From positions 1 to 61,117 of IMG/VR virus record IMGVR_UViG_3300020469_005555: a DNA stretch of 61,117 bases, one strand, 5' to 3'. The stretch is from a virus (taxonomy: Duplodnaviria; Caudoviricetes). Of the stretch, positions 10,322 to 19,404 are shown piece after piece. Position 1 is the stretch's first letter. Every line of letters starts with the position of its first letter. Below the pieces are notes generated by a model. The model was not told where the DNA came from. It searched no databases and saw nothing but the letters and a program-made list of their open reading frames with translations. The position numbers and the translations under genes are program-made.

Positions 10322-11163
10322 TTTTTACTTGTACTCACTGCGCCTGGTATATCATACCAGTCTAGATCTTTTCTTACTTGTTTGTTTTTCTCCCAAGCAC
10401 CTTTCATTACATCAGGTGAAACGCCAAGTTCTTCAGCACGCTTTATCATTGCATTTAAATCTTTGGGGAAACATTTGCCTCCAAAACCAAAATCACCATC
10501 ATGCCCAGGAACGTCAATATGAGAATTCCCAATCCTTCCATCTGTTATAAACCCCTCTAGTGCTGATTCCCAGTCACCATTAATTGCTTCACAAACTTGA
10601 TACATTTCATTCATAAATGATACTTTGGTTGCAAAGAAACAGTTTGCCATATACTTGATTAATTGTGCAGTACCAAAATCAGTCTTAATTACTTTTGTGT
10701 ATGGAAATCTTAGTTTATATAGTTTTTCAACAATATTGTTTGCCAACAGGTTGTCGCTTCCCAATACAATTCTAGAAGTATTTATAAAGTCTAACCTTGC
10801 TTTTCTTTCTGTCAAAAATTCAGGATTAAACACAAAATTTAGTTCTGGAAAGTTGGCTGCTAAATTTTCAGTAGTTCCAGGCACTACAGTTGATTTAATA
10901 ACAATTACTTTCTGTTTCATACATTCATACTGGGCTAATTCTTCTACAACTGAATTAACAATTGACAGATCACATTCTCCTGACTCAAACATCGGTGTTG
11001 GAACACAAACAAATAATACATCTGAATTGTTCGCTAAATCTTTCATTGAGTGTGTCGACCTTTTTGGATCTTTATCGTAAATCATAATATCATCTACATG
11101 AAGTATGAATCCATGCATAATTGCAGAACCTACAAACCCATTCCCTATAATTCCTATTTTCAT
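10318..11163 (-). CDS. ugd: UDP-glucose/GDP-mannose 6-dehydrogenase (short form)
   Basis: GNGFVG, VCVPTP, IKSTVVPGT, FNPEFL, KYMAN, GFGGKCFPKD. Confidence 0.9.
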   Translation of the reverse strand: MKIGIIGNGFVGSAIMHGFILHVDDIMIYDKDPKRSTHSMKDLANNSDVLFVCVPTPMFESGECDLSIVNSVVEELAQYECMKQKVIVIKSTVVPGTTENLAANFPELNFVFNPEFLTERKARLDFINTSRIVLGSDNLLANNIVEKLYKLRFPYTKVIKTDFGTAQLIKYMANCFFATKVSFMNEMYQVCEAINGDWESALEGFITDGRIGNSHIDVPGHDGDFGFGGKCFPKDLNAMIKRAEELGVSPDVMKGAWEKNKQVRKDLDWYDIPGAVSTSKK

Positions 11164-11169
11164 TTTTAT

Positions 11170-11763
11170 TTACTCCTCTCCGGGTAAACTTCTCAAATAC
11201 GAGTCACCCATTCTTTCTTTTTCCTTTGATATCGACGGACAGTGACTTCCTGCCTTATGTATTAGATCATAAAGCAGCATAAGACAAAGAACTTCAACTG
11301 TATGGAAATATTCACAATTAAGAATTACTTCATCAATGTCGTCTTTTAATATCGTTGACTTTTGGCCAGAAACCATATGGGTCATAAAACCTTGCTCATC
11401 TGCCCAATGCAAAGATCCGATGATGTTTGATGAATTACCAGAACACGACAAGCCTAAAATTAAGCTTTCCTCTTTTTCGTCAACCATTGCAATGGTATCT
11501 AACCATCTAATAAATACTTTTGCAAAACCGTGATCATTAGAATTAGAAGTGATATACCCTACGCTATCAAACGAATAAAATGCTTTACCCTTTATAAGCC
11601 GAGACATGTCTGTGGCCATATGACTCGAGACAAAATGAAGCCCGCCGTTACCAATGATATATATTCTTTTCGCTTTTGTGATTTTTTGCACTAAGTCGTT
11701 ATAGTTTTTACTTTCAACTGTTGTTTTAAATTTACTTTCAATACTTTCAAAATCAGTTACCAT
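11170..11763 (-). CDS. SIS-domain sugar-phosphate isomerase, GmhA-like (divergent)
   Basis: IIGNGG...SSHMATD, ND.GF..VF, GLSCSGNSSNI. Confidence 0.75.
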   Translation of the reverse strand: MVTDFESIESKFKTTVESKNYNDLVQKITKAKRIYIIGNGGLHFVSSHMATDMSRLIKGKAFYSFDSVGYITSNSNDHGFAKVFIRWLDTIAMVDEKEESLILGLSCSGNSSNIIGSLHWADEQGFMTHMVSGQKSTILKDDIDEVILNCEYFHTVEVLCLMLLYDLIHKAGSHCPSISKEKERMGDSYLRSLPGEE

Positions 11764-11776
11764 TTTATTTCTCCAA

Positions 11777-12595
11777 TTATAATATTACTGCTGATATTCC
11801 CTTAACACATTTGTTACACGGGTTTATTTTATCTCTATTTCCTTTTGCAAGAAGAATCGTTGCTTCTTGCATCTTTTTTCCGTACCAAATCTCTTCCAAT
11901 GTGTTATCATTTACATTACCTAGTGTGTACTGGACTAAGGAATCCTCACAACATATTGGAACTTCACCATCATATCTAATATTCATTTTTGAGTGTATTT
12001 TTTTACAATTAGACTTTAATGGTACTTTACTGTCTAAATGTGCACCGCCCATAAACTTATTTCTTCTATCAACAGTTCCTGCCCGGTTGCCAAAGTTAAA
12101 GTATTCACCAACTAAATTATACCTTGACTTAGGTATGGATAATGTGCTTAGATAATTTTCCCACCAAGATAACAATTTTCTTCTACCTTCCATATCTTTA
12201 TAATCATACAGCGAAATGTTTGTATAGGAAACTCTAGAAAAGAACTCTTTTGCATACTGGCGATCAGATTTAAGTGTATCACCATTTGTCACAATTTCAG
12301 TATGACATTTTAACTCTACTGCTTTATCTAAAAATTTAAATAGTCTGGGATCAAGTGTTGGTTCATTATAAAAGTCAAAACCGACAGAAGCGTTAAAACC
12401 CTGACTTACATTTTGTTCAAGAATTGAATAAACTAGTTTATCTGTCATTTTAAGATCAATCATTTTTTTCTTGCCAGCGACGTTAATCTTCCATCTCGTT
12501 TCATCTTTTGATCTTGGACAGAACACACAGCGACGATTGCAGTCTGAATTTATCTCAATCCTTATTTGCTTAAATGGTCTAATCAAATTATTCAT
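11777..12595 (-). CDS. Radical SAM dehydrogenase with twitch/SPASM domain, BtrN-like
   Basis: IEINSDCNRRCVFCP, F.FYNEP, TNGD.L, NRAG, ICCED...LGNV...LEEIW, C..C; 272 aa; motif order matches BtrN as recalled. Confidence 0.75.
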   Translation of the reverse strand: MNNLIRPFKQIRIEINSDCNRRCVFCPRSKDETRWKINVAGKKKMIDLKMTDKLVYSILEQNVSQGFNASVGFDFYNEPTLDPRLFKFLDKAVELKCHTEIVTNGDTLKSDRQYAKEFFSRVSYTNISLYDYKDMEGRRKLLSWWENYLSTLSIPKSRYNLVGEYFNFGNRAGTVDRRNKFMGGAHLDSKVPLKSNCKKIHSKMNIRYDGEVPICCEDSLVQYTLGNVNDNTLEEIWYGKKMQEATILLAKGNRDKINPCNKCVKGISAVIL

Positions 12596-13626
12596 AACGT
12601 GTCAATATTTATCTTTTTAAAAATCTTTCTTATACTGTGTTCGTCAAAAGAAACCATATTTAAGTCTCCTTTTTCTTTTGCTAGTATACACCTTATTTCA
12701 TCTTTGTTTTTGTTCTTTTTATCACTTTTTAAAGCTTTGATATATATCTCAACATCAAAATTATCTCTAAACGTCACATAATGATTTAAATTTTTATTTT
12801 TAAAAATTGAAATGACACTATCTTCGTCTAAGTCTTTATTTGTGTACTTAGAAGCTAATGCAACTTTATTTGCTATATCAATACCTAAACCCACTGCGAC
12901 GCCGTGTGGAATTTTAAAATTAGTCATTGACTCAATTGCGTGACCAAACGTGTGACCAAAATTCATGATGTTTCGATGTCCAGTGTCAAACTCATCTATT
13001 TCTATCACTTCTTTTTTAATTTGGAGTGCGTGAAGTATTGTTTCATCATCAACGCTAGTTTTGTTTAGACAATTGATTATCTTTTTAGGTTTAATCCTAT
13101 TTTTACTGTCTACCACACTAATTTTTATAATTTCACCTAACCCGGAGTTTATATCTTGGTACTCAAGAGTGTTTAGGAAGTTTTTGTCAATTATAATTCT
13201 GCCTGGAGGGTTGAAGTTCCCAACTAAATTTTTGTAATCGCCTAAATTAATTGATGTCTTTCCTCCAATACAACTATCACATTGTGCGAGTAAAGTTGTA
13301 GGATAAAAGTTCCAGTGAATACCTCTGTAAATAATACTCGAAACAAACCCAGCAATGTCTTGTACTATTCCACCACCTACTGCGCCAATTACATTTCCTC
13401 GCTTTAATCCAAGACTAATTAATTTAGTAATATATTTTTCACAAGATGCATATGTTTTATTGCTTTCAATAGCGTCAATAAATACTATTTTTTGACTATC
13501 AATATTTTGAAATAATATTGGATACAAATGATATACTTTTCTATCTATCAAAAAGTAGTCTTCTTGGAAATTTATATCGCTTGTAAAATATACACTATAA
13601 TCTTTAATTCTTGATGTTATTAACAT
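12592..13626 (-). CDS. Sugar-phosphate cyclase, 3-dehydroquinate synthase (AroB) superfamily
   Basis: GGGIVQD, RGI, PTTLLAQCDSCIGGKT, KNLVG, R..MNFGHTFGHAIE, HG.AV. Confidence 0.9.
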   Translation of the reverse strand: MLITSRIKDYSVYFTSDINFQEDYFLIDRKVYHLYPILFQNIDSQKIVFIDAIESNKTYASCEKYITKLISLGLKRGNVIGAVGGGIVQDIAGFVSSIIYRGIHWNFYPTTLLAQCDSCIGGKTSINLGDYKNLVGNFNPPGRIIIDKNFLNTLEYQDINSGLGEIIKISVVDSKNRIKPKKIINCLNKTSVDDETILHALQIKKEVIEIDEFDTGHRNIMNFGHTFGHAIESMTNFKIPHGVAVGLGIDIANKVALASKYTNKDLDEDSVISIFKNKNLNHYVTFRDNFDVEIYIKALKSDKKNKNKDEIRCILAKEKGDLNMVSFDEHSIRKIFKKINIDTL

Positions 13627-14758
13627 TGCTTAAACTCTCAATAAATTCATTAGTTTTTTCAATTATATAGGATATTTCTTCTTGCGTCAATCCATTATAC
13701 ATGGGTAGACAAACATTATGATCTTTCATGAAATAAGAGTTTGAAAGATTGTCGCCTTTTACACAGTTCATTTTTTTGCTTATGTCTTGCTTGTCACACG
13801 TGTATTCGTAAGCAGCAGGAGGCAAATCAATATCTTTAGACTTCATGAATTTGTAAAACTTACTTTTAACTTTATTGTCACTAGCTACTACAAAATACTT
13901 GTAATAACCTGACTTTGTTTTATCTGGTATTTTAAATCTATCTAATTTTTTATTATATCTTATTTCTGTATCGTACCTTTTAGCAATATTTCTTCTCTCA
14001 TCTATAATTCTATCAGCTTTTTTAGTGTGCAATATGGCAAGCGTAGCAGTTATTTCTGACATCTTAGAGTTACTTCCAATCTCAAAAGATTCATAGTTGT
14101 TAATGCTTCTATCTAAACCTATTGCCCTTATTCTTTTAATCCTGGTGTTCAACTCAAGAGAGTCTGTTGTTATAATACCACCTTCACCTGACGTGAGAAC
14201 TTTAGAATGATGAAAAGAAAAACACGCAGCATGACCAAAGTTTCCAGATTTTACACCATTAAACTCAGCGCCGTGTGCGCAAGCTGCGTCTTCTATTAAA
14301 AAAAGATTGTTCTCATCACAATATTTTCTAATTTCAGAAATTTCATTTGTTATGACTCCACCTACATGCACTATCATAACAGCTTTAGTGTCTTCCCTTA
14401 CAGACTTTTTAATACTTTTGAGTGACAGCGATAAAGTATCACGTGATATATCAGCATATATTGGTATTCCCATACAATTATAGATTGACATGACAGAAGC
14501 TATAAACGTGTAAGCGGGTACTACAACACTATGTCCTTTGATATCGAGTGCACGAAGTATACACTCCAAACCAGTAGTACAATTACTTACTGCAATTGAA
14601 TATTTTGATTTATTAAAATCACACCAAAGTTTTTCAAAAAGATCAATATTAGGACCACCATCAGTCAAATACCCAACTTTAAGTGATTTTTCAATTTCAT
14701 TCTTTACAAATTCAATATCTTCCTGACTATATTCTAATCTATATTTTTTTATAATCAC
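13604..14758 (-). CDS. DegT/DnrJ/EryC1/StrS PLP-dependent aminotransferase
   Basis: SNCTTGL, IEDAACAHG, FSFHHSKVLTSGEGG, LPMY. Confidence 0.95.
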   Translation of the reverse strand: MIIKKYRLEYSQEDIEFVKNEIEKSLKVGYLTDGGPNIDLFEKLWCDFNKSKYSIAVSNCTTGLECILRALDIKGHSVVVPAYTFIASVMSIYNCMGIPIYADISRDTLSLSLKSIKKSVREDTKAVMIVHVGGVITNEISEIRKYCDENNLFLIEDAACAHGAEFNGVKSGNFGHAACFSFHHSKVLTSGEGGIITTDSLELNTRIKRIRAIGLDRSINNYESFEIGSNSKMSEITATLAILHTKKADRIIDERRNIAKRYDTEIRYNKKLDRFKIPDKTKSGYYKYFVVASDNKVKSKFYKFMKSKDIDLPPAAYEYTCDKQDISKKMNCVKGDNLSNSYFMKDHNVCLPMYNGLTQEEISYIIEKTNEFIESLSNVNNIKN

Positions 14759-15405
14759 GATTGCCTCGATTTTGCATATGACTCTGCAAACATAAAATCA
14801 ACATACGTATCAATATCAATGCATTCTGTTTCGTCTACATCAAAATTTACAAAACTATCTGTAATTCTTGATTTTTCTTTTAAAAAAGCACCAACTTTAA
14901 ATGTATAAAAACCGGCTTCGCGGAAAAGTGGTTCCATATACTGTGTACCAACAAGCGTTTTAGGATTGTGATTTACTGGTTGTCTTTGGTGCCAGAACCT
15001 ATCATAAACCTTATATAGACCAAAACAGCTTGTCTTATTATGTGATTCAAGCAAACTAAAAGATTTTTTAATTGTATTGGCTTCTAAAAAAGGAGTTGTT
15101 ACGAAAAACTGACCTAACAAACAATCTTCACTTAAGTTTAAACTTTTAATCTGATTCAATATTAAATCATTACCAGAAGTTTCTGGTGAGTTTAATGAAG
15201 GATCACGTTTAATTGTACTAAAATTAAAGTCTTTAGCAATTTGAATGATTTTATCATCGGAACAGTCTATAACAACGTCAATACCGATATTTTTGACTGT
15301 GTCGAAAAGATATTGATATAAAGGCTTACCAGCTAGCAGCATAGTATTCTTGCCGGGTAATCTTTGATTATTGGTTTTAATTGGGATTATAATAACTTTT
15401 TTCAT
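14755..15405 (-). CDS. Acylneuraminate cytidylyltransferase (NeuA/KdsB family)
   Basis: IPIK...QRLPGKN...L.GKPL, T.PF, IDIDT..DF. Confidence 0.9.
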   Translation of the reverse strand: MKKVIIIPIKTNNQRLPGKNTMLLAGKPLYQYLFDTVKNIGIDVVIDCSDDKIIQIAKDFNFSTIKRDPSLNSPETSGNDLILNQIKSLNLSEDCLLGQFFVTTPFLEANTIKKSFSLLESHNKTSCFGLYKVYDRFWHQRQPVNHNPKTLVGTQYMEPLFREAGFYTFKVGAFLKEKSRITDSFVNFDVDETECIDIDTYVDFMFAESYAKSRQS

Positions 15406-16457
15406 AACGATTTAACATACTCAATTATTTTATTAGAAACATTATCTTGTTGTTTAGAATTATACTCAAATTTATTTTGTTTTTCAATTTCGATTTGGAG
15501 TTTTTCCCAACCATCTTCGTTTTTCATGTCAATAATGTTTTCTGAGAAGTCTTCTCTAAAAAAATCGTCTATTTTGTGTTTTCTTCCACCTTCCGTTGTT
15601 AAAATAATACAGTTTGTATTCATATGCATAATATCAAAAAAAGCAAAACTATCATTTATTACAATACAACAGTCTGAAATGTAAGCATGTTCACATAGGC
15701 TTGACGGGAATCTTAAGTCTCTATCGATAATAACGTCTGGTTTGTGTTTCATTAAGTCAAGTGGACTACACCATTTTTCTCTCGGGTAGCCTTTTTCTCG
15801 TTTCTTCCATATGATTTCAAAACTATTTTTGTGTAAAAATTCTATTAGATTATCACAAAATTTAGCAATTTTAAGAGAGTCATTTTTATCTTTTTGACCC
15901 ATTCGCAAGTAAGTTTCCGGTATAAAACATCTTTTGACATTATCCTTTTTTCGAACTGCGTACTTTAAATGATCCATTCTTAAATTGCCCAAATACGTGT
16001 GTGGATACTTATCATAACCGTATTTTACATCGTCTTTTTGTTTTAATATTGACACCCTTGGTTTTACTTGGGGATCTTTTAAATGCTTTACTTCATCCCA
16101 CCAGGCAAAATGTATTATTTTAGCATCATTTAAAATCTTAGGATACCAAACTGGATATTTTGGATTAATCTCCTGTACATACACAACAGTCGGTCTGTAT
16201 TCTTTGTAATCTTTCAAATACTGATCGCGATCATCGTGTCGATAAAATGTAATTATAGGTTTTTTAAAATTGTATTGTTGACACTTTTCACTAAAAAATT
16301 TTTGTATTTCATTAATGTCATAACCGTGTAACTGACGTTTCTTACTGAAACAATCAAAAAAGCTTACCCAGCAGTCATCATCCTGACTTAAATGTTCAAA
16401 TAAAACAGGCAACATATCCTGGAAGTTTGAAGTTCCAAACATAAAAAAACTATACAT
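15402..16457 (-). CDS. Hypothetical, possible GT-B fold transferase
   Basis: Context within the glycan island; GNLRMD and DSFAFFD segments weakly resemble GT-B phosphotransferases/sialyltransferases. Confidence 0.4.
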   Translation of the reverse strand: MYSFFMFGTSNFQDMLPVLFEHLSQDDDCWVSFFDCFSKKRQLHGYDINEIQKFFSEKCQQYNFKKPIITFYRHDDRDQYLKDYKEYRPTVVYVQEINPKYPVWYPKILNDAKIIHFAWWDEVKHLKDPQVKPRVSILKQKDDVKYGYDKYPHTYLGNLRMDHLKYAVRKKDNVKRCFIPETYLRMGQKDKNDSLKIAKFCDNLIEFLHKNSFEIIWKKREKGYPREKWCSPLDLMKHKPDVIIDRDLRFPSSLCEHAYISDCCIVINDSFAFFDIMHMNTNCIILTTEGGRKHKIDDFFREDFSENIIDMKNEDGWEKLQIEIEKQNKFEYNSKQQDNVSNKIIEYVKSL

Positions 16458-17253
16458 TTTTAAAATATCGCTGTTTTAAATTATCATACTGTCTTTTATA
16501 ATGGTCATACACATGTTCTAAATTATTGATTGGCCCTAACTCTTCATCTTTTTCTAGAAGTATTTTAAGATCATCTTTTGTATAAGAAAGTGATAATCCT
16601 TCCTTTGAATTGTTGCTAAAACTATCTATTGCCAACTTCATTGCTTGTCCGTAAAAATTATCAGAAGTTATTTCGTTCAAATTGTAATATCCTAAATGGC
16701 CTCTATGAATTCTGTTTAAAAAAGCGTTATACATTTTCGAAGGGTATTGTTCGAACTCGTGTAAATTTGTCAATAAGTCGAAAAAATAAAAACAGTTTAT
16801 CTTCTCTTTGCAATAAGTGCCTATATAACTCTCAGGTTTCTGTATATCTTTTACCAAAGTATCTTGATTTTCAATGATGTGTTTAATTAAGTTTTTTGAA
16901 TAAACGTGAGGTGTTGCGCCTCTGAGTTTTTTCATAAAGCACTCGTAGCCTGACCCTTCACTTAACACGAAGCCATTATCACTTGCTAATAAAGCTTCGT
17001 GCGATTTTTCTACCATTTCCTTAATTCCATCAAAAACTAGTCTATCTGCATCACTCCTTATGAAGAGGTTTTGTTCTTTAAACTCATCTGACAATGCAAT
17101 ATTAAAAAATCTGCTCATCTTGTCAGCAAATGATTCTTCTTGATCTAGTACAATAATGTTTTTAAAACCTAGACTTTTAAAACACAAAACTGAAAGTTCT
17201 TTCGTTCTTTCTTCCATTTCAAATATTACTACCGGTACTTCTTCAACAATCAT
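16450..17253 (-). CDS. Hypothetical, possible GT-A glycosyltransferase
   Basis: FIRSDADRLVF (DxD) after a beta strand; cluster context. Confidence 0.45.
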   Translation of the reverse strand: MIVEEVPVVIFEMEERTKELSVLCFKSLGFKNIIVLDQEESFADKMSRFFNIALSDEFKEQNLFIRSDADRLVFDGIKEMVEKSHEALLASDNGFVLSEGSGYECFMKKLRGATPHVYSKNLIKHIIENQDTLVKDIQKPESYIGTYCKEKINCFYFFDLLTNLHEFEQYPSKMYNAFLNRIHRGHLGYYNLNEITSDNFYGQAMKLAIDSFSNNSKEGLSLSYTKDDLKILLEKDEELGPINNLEHVYDHYKRQYDNLKQRYFKNV

Positions 17254-17920
17254 ACACCAACTCTGCTGTTTTCTTAAAATTTTCTTTTGAATCTATATCA
17301 AATTGAAGATCTAACCCGAGACATTCTGAGAGATAAGACTTTAAATACTTGTTAACATCTCTTTTTGCAGTTTCGTGCGGCTTCCACCACGCGTCTAGAT
17401 CAAACTTTTCATAATCTTTTCTTTTGTTTTCGTATATGAGATCAAAACTTCTAAACGATTCTAAATCAATAAAGTTAATGGTATCATTATAAAATATTAA
17501 ATTGCACGGTGCTAAGTCTGTATATGTCCCACCTATCTCTATAGATTTTCTAAAAACATTTTGTATAAAAGTTTTTCTTTTATCTAGCGAGGTCATGCGA
17601 TTAAACATCGACCAGTCTTTATCACTTTTACCAGGCTCAGCTGCTGAAACACCTGCAATTTGTACATACCCACGTGGTCCAGACTCGTCTTCGATCAATT
17701 CAATTACTGATTGTGCATTATTAGCATTATAAAACTCTTGTTCAATACAAAAACTTGTAATCAAGCCTTGCGTCCAGTTAGGTACCCACAATTTAAAAAA
17801 CTTGTTACTTTCAGGTAGAAAATAAACAGCGCGTTCTCTTTTCTTTTTCACAGTAATTACTTTCTGTTTACTTATGCTGTTTAAAAAATCTTCATATTTA
17901 ACTTTAGATAAATGTTTCAA
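17243..17920 (-). CDS. Protein-kinase-like fold small-molecule kinase (APH/Kdo-kinase-like)
   Basis: FFKLW (beta-3 Lys), YTDLAPCNLI (catalytic loop), FIDLE (DFG-like). Confidence 0.6.
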   Translation of the reverse strand: MKHLSKVKYEDFLNSISKQKVITVKKKRERAVYFLPESNKFFKLWVPNWTQGLITSFCIEQEFYNANNAQSVIELIEDESGPRGYVQIAGVSAAEPGKSDKDWSMFNRMTSLDKRKTFIQNVFRKSIEIGGTYTDLAPCNLIFYNDTINFIDLESFRSFDLIYENKRKDYEKFDLDAWWKPHETAKRDVNKYLKSYLSECLGLDLQFDIDSKENFKKTAELVYDC

Positions 17921-19404
17921 CTTGTTTTCCGTAAAATAAAGTCAGGAATTTTTATATTACCCATTCCCATTGAATGTTCATATTTTATACCGGGACGAGC
18001 AGGATTAAACTTTATTTTAAGCTTTTCTCTAACTTCTTCTTCTAATTCGTTTCTAGCTTGAACAATTTCTTGGGGTTTTAAGTGGTCTGTCCACACATAA
18101 GAAATGTAACCACCGTTCGGATCACCTTTATAGTAGTCTAGTTCTGTAAGATAATCAATGTTTGATTGGTAAAGTTTATCCCCCGTAAGGTCTGATGTGT
18201 ATACATAATAGTCATCCTTTTTAATTGCATCGTCAAAATACGGTGATCCCGGGTATGTTGTTATAATTGTGCAATCAAATTCTTCAGGTTCAACTTCCAA
18301 CAACCACTTTTTTGTATTCTCTATTGATTCAATGCTTTCTCCAGCGTGTCCGATTGACATTAACGCTTTGACCTTAAGGTTGTGCCTTTTTGCAATTTCC
18401 ACTGCGCGAGTGTTATCTTCACGCTTAGCCATTTTTTTAATATTTCTGAGTATTCTTTCATCGCCAGATTCAAAACCGGTTAATAACCATCTAAATCCTG
18501 CCCTATACATTGCAGCCGCCTGGTCGTCTTTAAACAACTCTGCCTTCACAAAACCACGAAGTCTAAATTCCTCACCAAGTTCCATTTGTAGATCTGTTAT
18601 TTTATTCAACAGCTCTATTAAATTTTTGTTCACATTAAGTTCATCATCATAAAACATAAACCCTGTATATCCGTAAGAATGATAAAGATGTCTCATTTCT
18701 TCTACAATTGAGTCTGAACTTCTTTGTCTAATTTTCCTGAGAAACGGTGAGTTTCTTCCTGAACAAAATGAACACTTAAATGGGCAACCAAGTTGTGCGA
18801 TTAAGCTTGTTGCTTTTTTACCTGCAATGTTGTATTTGTATGAGTCAACATCAACCAAGTGACGTGCCGGCAATGGCAATTCTGAAAACTGTTGATTTGT
18901 TAAAAAGAAAGGAGACTTACGATCATCTGCATCAATCACACCCTTGTCTATTTTTAATGCTTCAAATATTGTATACTCACCGTCACCACACACTAGGACG
19001 TCAAATATATTAGATAAATTAGTGATATCAATCGTCGCCCTGTCACTTTTATCTAAGCCTTTTTTAATTTCTCTTTTGCTTGCTGTATTCATTAGTGTTA
19101 CATGAGGCCCACCTAATATTATTTTACAATCGACAGTGTTTTCTCTTATCACTTTTGCAATACTTACAGAAAAAGGAACTTGGGGTGTTGAAGCTGTTAG
19201 CCCAAAGTCCTTAATGTGTGTATTTTCCTTACAATAGTCTTCAACGACTTTTAAATAATTGTCAACGCCACTTAGGTCTAAAAAATCAATCTTAAAACCT
19301 CTACTTTCTAAAGAAGAGGCGACCCTAAGTATGCCAATGTGCATAAATACTCTTTCATCAAGTAAAAACGGAGATGGAGGTGTTATTAAACATATAGTGT
19401 TCAT
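17917..19404 (-). CDS. Cobalamin-binding radical SAM enzyme (class B methyltransferase-like)
   Basis: N-terminal B12-binding domain (IILGGPHVT, GDGE), GCPFKCSFC, FYDDE, GFESG, TYPGS. Confidence 0.9.
   Translation of the reverse strand: MNTICLITPPSPFLLDERVFMHIGILRVASSLESRGFKIDFLDLSGVDNYLKVVEDYCKENTHIKDFGLTASTPQVPFSVSIAKVIRENTVDCKIILGGPHVTLMNTASKREIKKGLDKSDRATIDITNLSNIFDVLVCGDGEYTIFEALKIDKGVIDADDRKSPFFLTNQQFSELPLPARHLVDVDSYKYNIAGKKATSLIAQLGCPFKCSFCSGRNSPFLRKIRQRSSDSIVEEMRHLYHSYGYTGFMFYDDELNVNKNLIELLNKITDLQMELGEEFRLRGFVKAELFKDDQAAAMYRAGFRWLLTGFESGDERILRNIKKMAKREDNTRAVEIAKRHNLKVKALMSIGHAGESIESIENTKKWLLEVEPEEFDCTIITTYPGSPYFDDAIKKDDYYVYTSDLTGDKLYQSNIDYLTELDYYKGDPNGGYISYVWTDHLKPQEIVQARNELEEEVREKLKIKFNPARPGIKYEHSMGMGNIKIPDFILRKTS

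Noticed and set aside
12592-13626. Calling the cyclase a housekeeping aroB, or a bona fide btrC
   Set aside because: There is no shikimate context for aroB and the active-site motifs differ from BtrC; left at superfamily level
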